Origin: a virus
Reading direction: 5' to 3' (one strand)
IMG/VR virus record: IMGVR_UViG_3300047357_001427
Location: 6,923 to 70,922 of that record
DNA: 64,000 bases
Shown piece by piece: positions 56,583 to 64,000 of the stretch. Made by a program: the position numbers and the translations under genes. Position 1 is the first letter of the stretch. Each line of letters opens with the position of its first letter. The notes under the pieces are model-generated. The model worked only from the letters and a program-made list of their open reading frames with translations. It made no database searches and was not told the DNA's origin.

Positions 56583-59120
56583 GTGGCATGCAGTCGTATA
56601 AATACATTATCTAGCGTAAGCGGAGAAACTGGAACTCTTCGCTATATATCCAGTGAGTCAATATCAAATTCCCACAGGGTAACTACTTCGGAGATTTATT
56701 CCACAAATGGTAGCATAACTAATCTAAGTTCTACTAACGCAATAATTCATGACTCGGAAAGTTTTCGCAAGGGTTATAAAAGTTATGCAGTTAATTATGA
56801 TTATCCAGAAATAACAGCTAGTAGTTCTTTTTTTTATTCAAGTAAGGAGCCATATATCTCAGGTGAGACCTCCGATTTTATTGGCGAATCCATAAAACTT
56901 AATGGCGACGGAAGAGTTCTTGCTGCAAGCTCTACTTCCGGAAATGGGCTTGTTAGAGTTTTTTCTTCTGATGGAGACTATTGGAGACAGCTGGGTGCAG
57001 ATATAGCGGGCTCTCCTCTTGACGGCCTAGGTTCTTCTATAGATTTAAACGAAGAAGGTAATATGTTGGCAATTGGGATTCCTTTTGCTAATCTGAATTC
57101 AGGTTTAGTTGAAATTTACGACTGGGACAACTCTTCTTGGGTTATTAGAGATCCAGCTATTAGCGGTAAATCTATTGAGAATTTTGGCTGCTCACTTTCT
57201 CTAAGTAAAAACGGAGATTATATTGCAATTGGTGGATCCTCGGCGAATTTAAATTCAGGTATTTCTCGTGTTTATAATTGGAGCAATGGATTGTGGAACG
57301 AAATGAGCAACGGTGTTAGCGGAATTTCCAATGAAGAACATTTAGGTTCTGCTATAGATATATCTACAGATGGGCAAACAATCTTGATTGGTGGATCTGG
57401 AGATGATGGCGGCAATGGGCTCGTTAGGTCTTACGGTTATAGCGGAGCTGCTTCTAGCGGACTGCTAGGTGGATTGATTTTCACCTCAAACGAAGAACAT
57501 TCTTCTTATAATGATTTTTCTATTTCAGTTTCTCAAATAGCTGGAGGCACAACTTCCCCTGACGCACCGGCTCCAGCTATTGTTGTTTATGATGGCTTAT
57601 CAACGCTAACTGTGTCTGCCGACATAAACAACGGACAAGCCACAAATAGTGGTGTAGCAATCAATCTATCTTCTCCCGCAAATTCTGCTGAACTTTTTTC
57701 TGCTGGCTTTTCCGTGTCCATGGTTAGCGGACTAGAACTGGATCCTGTAATATCTTCCGGGCCGACCCTAACAGAGGGCGGTCTCGATCCATACTGGAAT
57801 CAATTAGGCCAAACTATTAGTGGGTCAAATAATGAAAAATTCGGATCTTCCGTAAAAATGCGCGATTCATATTATTTTGCGGCAGGAGGGGTTGATGGAA
57901 ATAACGGAGATGGATCTATACGTGCATATAAACGTCACCACTCATCAACCGCAAACTCATGGAGTTTACATCAAAACTTACCCAGTGGTAATAATTTTGA
58001 TCTTAATAGTAGCTTCAATATTCTTTCCGTGGGTTACCCTGAAGCTAATCTTGGGAGTGGTTTGTGCAGGACTTACGGATATGACTTAGACTGGGAGCCG
58101 ATTGGGGAAGACCTAATGGGTGAATCACAAGATGAAAGATTTGGGCAGTCTTTATCTCTTAATGCAAATGGTTCAATTTTTTGCAGCTCAGCCAATCTTT
58201 ACGCCACAAATAAAGGATTAATTCGCCAGTATGATTTTGATTATGTCGCTGATTTAAATTTAAATTCCACAAGGGTTACCTCAGAAAAACTCAATCTCGA
58301 CTATTACAAACTACCCACATTTGACCCTTTAGTTGTAGGAGACGTATGGAGATCTGAAGGTGACTTTTTAAAAATTAGCGCGGGATGGAGTCCTGCTGTC
58401 ATCAATACGCTTGCATGGTATGATGCTGCAGACAAGTTCACTATAACCTCTTCCTCGGATGTTGTTAGCGAGGTTAAAGACAAGTCCGGAAATGGGTTAA
58501 ATTTAACAGTGGTAACCCCTGGAAGGACTGGCCCAAAAACAGGAAGAAGGACGCTCAATGGATTAAATGTCATTGACTGGGATAGCGCTGGGCAATTTTT
58601 AGAGAATACCAACTTCTCCCACGATCAAGCGTTAACTCCCTTGTTTATAGCTTTGGTATTTAAAGCTGACGTAGATACCAATCAAGATTTCATTTTCGCG
58701 GGTACAACATCGTCTGCAATTGGCGACAGAATGGCATTAAGGAGGTTCAACGCAAGTAATGGTTTTCAAATTTTAGGCGGCAGCGGCACTGGCACAAATA
58801 TAGCTATGGGCTCTGGGGTGGATACAGTACTAGAAGGTGAGACTTATATAGTGCTCTCAAAGTTAAATTCATCGAACTCACAAATAAGAATAGATGGACA
58901 TTTTAAAAATACCGGCAACATAGGAACCAATCATTTAAACTCTATAAAATTAGGCGGAAATGCTATTGGTGGGTCAAACCTCGAAGGCTATATTGCTGAA
59001 TTTATTATTTTCTCAGATATAGGTGAACAAGAAAACATAGAGGGTTACTTAGCTCACAAATGGGGCCTTACTTCAAAATTACCAGCAGACCATACCCATA
59101 AAAACAATTTAGCTTTTTAA
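56583..59120 (+). CDS. FG-GAP-like beta-propeller repeat protein with LamG/ConA-like C-terminal domain (possible virion adhesin)
   Basis: Repeated W.QLG.DI.G / FG.S.SL..DG..LAIG...AN.NSG blades; LAWYDAAD..KDKSGNG..IEGYLAHKWGL C-terminal domain; GTGTA motif upstream. Confidence 0.7.
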   Translation: MACSRINTLSSVSGETGTLRYISSESISNSHRVTTSEIYSTNGSITNLSSTNAIIHDSESFRKGYKSYAVNYDYPEITASSSFFYSSKEPYISGETSDFIGESIKLNGDGRVLAASSTSGNGLVRVFSSDGDYWRQLGADIAGSPLDGLGSSIDLNEEGNMLAIGIPFANLNSGLVEIYDWDNSSWVIRDPAISGKSIENFGCSLSLSKNGDYIAIGGSSANLNSGISRVYNWSNGLWNEMSNGVSGISNEEHLGSAIDISTDGQTILIGGSGDDGGNGLVRSYGYSGAASSGLLGGLIFTSNEEHSSYNDFSISVSQIAGGTTSPDAPAPAIVVYDGLSTLTVSADINNGQATNSGVAINLSSPANSAELFSAGFSVSMVSGLELDPVISSGPTLTEGGLDPYWNQLGQTISGSNNEKFGSSVKMRDSYYFAAGGVDGNNGDGSIRAYKRHHSSTANSWSLHQNLPSGNNFDLNSSFNILSVGYPEANLGSGLCRTYGYDLDWEPIGEDLMGESQDERFGQSLSLNANGSIFCSSANLYATNKGLIRQYDFDYVADLNLNSTRVTSEKLNLDYYKLPTFDPLVVGDVWRSEGDFLKISAGWSPAVINTLAWYDAADKFTITSSSDVVSEVKDKSGNGLNLTVVTPGRTGPKTGRRTLNGLNVIDWDSAGQFLENTNFSHDQALTPLFIALVFKADVDTNQDFIFAGTTSSAIGDRMALRRFNASNGFQILGGSGTGTNIAMGSGVDTVLEGETYIVLSKLNSSNSQIRIDGHFKNTGNIGTNHLNSIKLGGNAIGGSNLEGYIAEFIIFSDIGEQENIEGYLAHKWGLTSKLPADHTHKNNLAF

Positions 59121-59150
59121 AATATTATCTTTTAATTTATAATCCATTAA

Positions 59151-59687
59151 GTGGATAATTATAAATCAAAACTACTAAGAAAGCTAAAGGCTAAATGCTC
59201 TGAACTCAATAACGAGTTATCGGAAGTTAACTCTATATACGAAGAGTCAGTGCCCATATTTTGTTCTGAGGTTTGTGATTATTGCAGTAGAAACGACCTA
59301 CAAAACCCACTAGAAAAACTCAAAGAAGATAAAGAAAAGAAGGGTGAGCCTGAAGTTGCGCCTGAATTTAAATCCTTATACAGAAAGATAGCAATCGAAA
59401 CCCACCCAGATAAAGTCGCCAATAATGATAAAAAACTAGACGCATACCAAGAAGCAACAGAGGCAAAAAAAGAAAAAAAGATTGATAAACTAGTCTCAAT
59501 AGCTAAAGATTTAAAAATAGACTTGAATAAAATGAAGTTCTCAGACATTAAATCCATAGAAGCAAGCATAATTAAAACCGAAAAGACCATATCTGACATT
59601 AGAAACAGCTATGTATGGCTATGGGCTTTCTCCTCCAAAAAAGAGAGGGGAGATATTATAGTAAATTTTATACTCAATAATGTGTAA
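59151..59687 (+). CDS. J-domain (DnaJ-like) protein
   Basis: KSLYRKIAIETHPDK: HPD motif after a basic helix, flanked by coiled-coil-like segments. Confidence 0.75.
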   Translation: MDNYKSKLLRKLKAKCSELNNELSEVNSIYEESVPIFCSEVCDYCSRNDLQNPLEKLKEDKEKKGEPEVAPEFKSLYRKIAIETHPDKVANNDKKLDAYQEATEAKKEKKIDKLVSIAKDLKIDLNKMKFSDIKSIEASIIKTEKTISDIRNSYVWLWAFSSKKERGDIIVNFILNNV

Positions 59688-59805
59688 TCTAACTAACGAT
59701 GCTCTGTACGATTTCAACTATTTTTTATTTTTCTCTATTTCTTTGGGATTTTAAATTAATTAATAATTCATAATTTACTTTGCTTAATTTACTTTATGGA
59801 TTGCA

Positions 59806-59907
59806 ATGGCATTATTAATTATAAAAAAAACCGCTAAATTAATAGTCAGAAAACTATCAAAACTGGTAGTCAATCAGATTGTAGACCCCCCATCCCCACC
59901 GACTTAA
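59806..59907 (+). CDS. Possible 33-aa small protein (below ORF-track cutoff)
   Basis: MALLIIKKTAKLIVRKLSKLVVNQIVDPPSPPT; stop overlaps the next ATG (TAATG). Confidence 0.35.
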   Translation: MALLIIKKTAKLIVRKLSKLVVNQIVDPPSPPT

Positions 59908-60548
59908 TGATATCTTATTTTAAAAAAAAACTAAATAAAGCTAAAACAGCATACGAAAATAAAAGCCTTCAAATATTAAAATACCTAGATAGAGAATTAA
60001 ACTACGAACAATCACTTAAATACTATACCGAACAACACAAAATAAAAGAACTAACAATGGAATACAAATCTTACAAATTTGAAAACGAAATTCATAGCCT
60101 TAGCTCCATGCCGGAAACAGCTATCGAAGAAATAATAAGAATCAATAAAAGAATTACCGAGCATACCTGGGGAGTCATTCTTGAGGCCGACAAAGTCAGT
60201 GATATTAATGTTTATATTGCGCAAATGAATAAAGTTCAAATCAATGCCAGAAAAGCTAATTTCTTCGTGGTTACCGATTCAGAAGATATTCTTTTAAAAT
60301 TAAATGATGTGTTCAACTGGATGAATAAGATTTTCTACATAGTTCCAAATACATACAATCACAATATAGATAAACAATACAGAAATAGTATAAACTTTCA
60401 CTGCTTAAAGCATCTTGAAAAGCACGTATCCACTCCAGAATCTGTGCACATGAACATGTTAAAAGAAATTGGAGGCATACAAGTTACAGTGCCCAATCAA
60501 AATCGCGTTTTCTGTTTTAACTCTAAAAGATTAGTCCCAGGATCATGA
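59907..60548 (+). CDS. Hypothetical protein, possible degenerate fucosyltransferase-like lobe
   Basis: FFVVTDSEDIL resembles the TD motif of GT23/GT11-type enzymes, but the HxR motif is absent. Confidence 0.45.
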   Translation: MISYFKKKLNKAKTAYENKSLQILKYLDRELNYEQSLKYYTEQHKIKELTMEYKSYKFENEIHSLSSMPETAIEEIIRINKRITEHTWGVILEADKVSDINVYIAQMNKVQINARKANFFVVTDSEDILLKLNDVFNWMNKIFYIVPNTYNHNIDKQYRNSINFHCLKHLEKHVSTPESVHMNMLKEIGGIQVTVPNQNRVFCFNSKRLVPGS

Positions 60549-61474
60549 AAAGAATATCTTACGTATTAGTTTCTAGAAATGATAACTATAATGGTGATTC
60601 GGTTGGCCGTTGTGTCAACACAGTTAATCATGCCTGTGAAATCATTGCAAAGAATAATGTTATTGATCAATCTGAAGTTGTACTTGTTGATTGGTGCTCT
60701 CGTAGCGGCTCTTTAAGGGAGTCCATATCCTCTAGATTAGTTCCAGAAGCTAAAGGTCTACTTAAAATAGTTACGGTCTCATCTGAGATAGCTGACAGGC
60801 ACCAGGGAGACTCTCCATTCTCAGAGGTTCACGCAATGAATGTTGGATTCAGAAACATGGAGGGTAAACATTTTGCGAGAATTGATCAAGACACCTTGAT
60901 AGGTCAAAGGTTCATGGACTGGTTCTACAATGAGTACGAAGTTAAAGACTATGGTTGGAGCTGGCCAAGGGCGGCATTTTGTAGTCGTAGAAATTTAAGT
61001 GAAGATCAATCTCATCACTCTGTTTTTAGGGATTATATATATGATCAACAATTATCCAGGAAGGTTGATATTTGTCACGAGCATAATCACTATAGCCGAT
61101 TGATGCCAAACGGCGAAGTTTTTCCTTTTTATGGCGGTGCAGTTGGTGTCATGATGGTTGACAGAGAATGCTACCTTGAGCACAAAGGGTTTAATGAAAA
61201 GCTGGTTTACATGAATAGTATGGATACAGAGTTCCTTAATCGTATTGCCGCAAAAGAAGATATATATAATTTATGTTTATCAATTGACGCTGATTTTTAC
61301 CATCAAAATCATGACAGATCTGAAGGGGCATCTAACGATACCACGCAGCCTCACGCGCAACAAGAAGGGGAGCGCAAGACTAACGACCTGGACATCAGAA
61401 ACAAAATGATAGACAACCCGAACCCAGACAACTGGGGCTTGATTGACGAAGATTTAGAAATAACCATGATATGA
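60545..61474 (+). CDS. GT-A (GT2/GT7-like) glycosyltransferase
   Basis: SRNDNY, VVLVDW, AMNVGFR, RIDQD (DxD), GFNE..MDTEF. Confidence 0.75.
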   Translation: MKRISYVLVSRNDNYNGDSVGRCVNTVNHACEIIAKNNVIDQSEVVLVDWCSRSGSLRESISSRLVPEAKGLLKIVTVSSEIADRHQGDSPFSEVHAMNVGFRNMEGKHFARIDQDTLIGQRFMDWFYNEYEVKDYGWSWPRAAFCSRRNLSEDQSHHSVFRDYIYDQQLSRKVDICHEHNHYSRLMPNGEVFPFYGGAVGVMMVDRECYLEHKGFNEKLVYMNSMDTEFLNRIAAKEDIYNLCLSIDADFYHQNHDRSEGASNDTTQPHAQQEGERKTNDLDIRNKMIDNPNPDNWGLIDEDLEITMI

Positions 61475-62322
61475 GTAACGTAATATATATTATTAACAAC
61501 CTACCTTCTGATACGGATTTTGCAAATCCAGGCTATCAAGATGTAGCGTGGGTGCCACACTGCTTAAAGTCCCTAGAGAGATACGCATCAAAGATAAATT
61601 GCGACCTCAAGATTATCTCAATGAATGATTTCCCAGCATTCAAAGAAATAGATGATTACAACTTTAGCTTCTACCAGAAGAGCACCTTTATTAAGATCTT
61701 GTTCTTGCATGAATTCATGAAGACTAGCTATGATAAGTTTGCGCTTCTTGATCTGGATATGGTTGTCAGTAAAGACGCTACAGATATTTTTGAAGCCTAC
61801 AAGGAAAACGATTTTGTTATGGGATACGGATTCCACCCAGCGGTTGTGCAGAAGAATGAAATTTTCCTAAAGAAATACTTAAAAAGCATACCGGAAGATG
61901 AAAATGTATACTGGCATAATGAAAAAACAAACAGAGATATACCAAAATACAATTTAAATTTAGGTTGTTATGTCATGGGTAGAGAAGTTGTAAGAAAAAT
62001 GACCAAGGTATTACCAGATCAATATAACTTCGTTGACTTTTTAAAGAGCCATGGACTTATAGATAATCCAGTCTTAGAAGTATTGGGGGAGAGAAAAGAT
62101 TTCATCGATCAAGATCTGTACGGATACGCATATACAAAAACAGACATACTTCAAGAACATAAACCTCTAGACTGGATCTGGAACGCGAACTATCAAGCCT
62201 GCTTTCAAAAAGGAGAAGACAATAAAGCGTTCAATCTATGTCACCTTTGCGGGGAAGACGGAAAGCAGTTCCTTTTAGATAATCTAGAAAATCCAGAAGT
62301 AATGGATCGTATCGATGTATAG
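61471..62322 (+). CDS. GT-A (GT8/GT34-like) glycosyltransferase
   Basis: LLDLDM (DxD), NLGCYV, DQD, WN, CHLCG. Confidence 0.7.
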   Translation: MSNVIYIINNLPSDTDFANPGYQDVAWVPHCLKSLERYASKINCDLKIISMNDFPAFKEIDDYNFSFYQKSTFIKILFLHEFMKTSYDKFALLDLDMVVSKDATDIFEAYKENDFVMGYGFHPAVVQKNEIFLKKYLKSIPEDENVYWHNEKTNRDIPKYNLNLGCYVMGREVVRKMTKVLPDQYNFVDFLKSHGLIDNPVLEVLGERKDFIDQDLYGYAYTKTDILQEHKPLDWIWNANYQACFQKGEDNKAFNLCHLCGEDGKQFLLDNLENPEVMDRIDV

Positions 62323-63001
62323 TCACGAACATAAATTTATATACGTTCACATACCCAAGTCTGCAGGAACTTTTGTAAAGCATTATTTGCTTTCTAACAT
62401 AGAGTCAGATTATGCAAAGAACCAAAACCAGCAGGATTATGATGACAAATATCACGTGACCTGCGAAAGAGCTCTTAATGCTATCGCGCAAGACGTGCCA
62501 GATTACGAAGATTACTTCAAGTTCACAGTTGTTCGTAATCCATTTGATAGAGTCGTATCAATGTTTTCTTATCTTGGTGGATGGAAGTTTGATTATTTTG
62601 TTGAAAACAATATAGAATCACCAATGATGCCTTATGTTCAGAAATTTCACCAGTATTATATGTCTGATGACTTTGATGGTTTTATCAAATACGCCTACGA
62701 AGAAAAAGCTATTCTAAAATTCCACGCTGGATATTACGAAAACTATGTTGACCGCATAAAAATTAATGGAGATATTGCTATTGATAAGTTTTATAAAATG
62801 GAAAACATAGAGGGATGCCTTTATGCATTAAAAGATGTTTTTGGGTTTAGTAGCTCCTCCGGATTCGATGACTGGCGAAAAAATAGCAGTTCCGAATATA
62901 AAAAGAAAAAGAGCTACAGAGATTACTACTCTGATTACAGTCGTGAATATATAGAAGATCACTTCATTAATGATTTAGATTACTTTGGTTATGGATTCTA
63001 A
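62315..63001 (+). CDS. Sulfotransferase (Sulfotransfer_2-like)
   Basis: YVHIPKSAGT (5'-PSB), VRNPFDRVVS (3'-PB), DLDYFGY. Confidence 0.9.
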   Translation: MYSHEHKFIYVHIPKSAGTFVKHYLLSNIESDYAKNQNQQDYDDKYHVTCERALNAIAQDVPDYEDYFKFTVVRNPFDRVVSMFSYLGGWKFDYFVENNIESPMMPYVQKFHQYYMSDDFDGFIKYAYEEKAILKFHAGYYENYVDRIKINGDIAIDKFYKMENIEGCLYALKDVFGFSSSSGFDDWRKNSSSEYKKKKSYRDYYSDYSREYIEDHFINDLDYFGYGF

Positions 63002-63791
63002 ATTTGTTATATTTGGACAGGAACGGGCTGGAACAACTAGCTTAATTTCTGCGCTCAACAAAAACGATAGAATTGTGCACGAGCCACTTTCTTCATTGAC
63101 TGGAGATCTTGATCACAACCCTAGGTATGCTGAAATTATCAAGCAACATAAAATGATTCCAGACAACTTGCCTGCCTCCAAAAACATACCATACTTTAAT
63201 AAGTTTAACAACATTGCAGAAGATAACGATAAACTGTGGGATTTCCTAGACTCATTATTTTGCACATTTGACGGGGTCAAGCATGTGTGGTGTACTTCTT
63301 CGGAAGAGGGGAACGAAAACTTTATCTGCTACTGCCAAGCTCATGGAATAAAAATAATCTTCCAGTACAGGGAGAGCGCATTCTACCCCGCTATTTCCTG
63401 GCAGCTTGCCAATCAAGTTCAAGTGTGGCAGCTTGGAGAAAACAAAGAGAACAAGGGTTTAGTCGATTCATTCAACTATACCTCCCTAGAGGAGGCTCCA
63501 ATCAAAAGAAGAGTAGCGTGGTATCAAAAATACCTACCCCACTACCACGAATTGCTTCCTCCCGAAAGTATTGTCTCCAGATACGAAGATCTTTATGGCT
63601 TATCAACCTACGAGGAAAGATTAGTTCAGTTCGACAAGATCGTAAACTACCTAGACATAGAAATAGATCAAAACAACGTAGAGAACTTCCTAGGCACAGA
63701 TAGAAGAGTATTTGGCAAAAAAGCATATGACAAAATACCAAATTATCAAGAAATGTTTGATAAATATGGCAGTGAGAAAATCATATTATGA
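62985..63791 (+). CDS. Sulfotransferase (Stf0-like)
   Basis: GQERAGTTSL, HEP, YRE..AISWQLA, YEDL. Confidence 0.8.
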   Translation: MVMDSKFVIFGQERAGTTSLISALNKNDRIVHEPLSSLTGDLDHNPRYAEIIKQHKMIPDNLPASKNIPYFNKFNNIAEDNDKLWDFLDSLFCTFDGVKHVWCTSSEEGNENFICYCQAHGIKIIFQYRESAFYPAISWQLANQVQVWQLGENKENKGLVDSFNYTSLEEAPIKRRVAWYQKYLPHYHELLPPESIVSRYEDLYGLSTYEERLVQFDKIVNYLDIEIDQNNVENFLGTDRRVFGKKAYDKIPNYQEMFDKYGSEKIIL

Positions 63792-64000
63792 GCAAGTATT
63801 ATTATTTCTCCTGGGATGCTGGCTGGGGCGACACCATATGGCACTTAACTAATGCATTAATTCATTGCGAGAATTCAAATCAAGATATGCTTATAGATTT
63901 GCGGGGCCACTGGTCTAGCAAAGGTGAAAAAAACCTATTTAATGAATACTTCTGCTCTATAGATACCGATATAAACATTATAACTAATGAAGAATCTATA
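63788..64000 (+). CDS. NodZ-like (GT23) fucosyltransferase, 3'-partial; not in the ORF track
   Basis: Manual translation MSKYYYFSWDAGWGDTIWHLTNALIHCENSNQDMLIDLRG..NLFNEYF matches the NodZ N-terminal pattern G.GD..W.L..A......L.ID.RG......N.F..FF. ATGA overlap with the previous gene. Confidence 0.7.
   Translation, partial: MSKYYYFSWDAGWGDTIWHLTNALIHCENSNQDMLIDLRGHWSSKGEKNLFNEYFCSIDTDINIITNEESI

Noticed and set aside
771-63741. Numerous short ORFs antisense or out of frame within long genes (for example 3354-3869, 11871-12452, 30607-31074, 63287-63703)
   Set aside because: They are shadows of well-supported genes, show no recognisable motifs and have no independent expression signals.

Overview
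This 64 kb window looks like part of a large, probably lytic, tailed dsDNA phage genome. No rRNA, tRNA, CRISPR array, integrase or transposase was recognised. Region 1-33.8 kb (+) is a siphovirus-type tail module: four paralogous tube-fold proteins, a 3840-aa tape measure protein (TMP), a doubled gpM-like/VWA protein, gpL, gpK, a gpI-gpJ fusion and a lectin-bearing fibre. Region 33.8-41.2 kb (-) holds a sigma factor, SSB, Whirly-like and Rad52-like proteins and glycosyltransferases. Region 41.4-64 kb (+) carries a large glycan cluster (gmd, fcl, epimerase, dehydrogenase, glycosyl-, methyl- and sulfotransferases, NodZ-like), a Chlamydia-type (class Ic-like) ribonucleotide reductase, NUDIX, a papain-like peptidase and a J-domain protein. 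The best candidate for an undescribed system is in the TMP. Seven G-[FLM]-[VI]-P-N-F-[AS] linkers delimit six cassettes, including an R-S-E ADP-ribosyltransferase-like domain and PD-(D/E)xK nuclease-like domains, which suggests the TMP delivers effectors at injection. Other highlights are a recurrent GTGTA promoter-like motif, a 54-bp repeat bracketing the RNR block, a tyrosyl-radical-free R2 and a split GT9. All family assignments come from motif recognition by eye; no database search was run.
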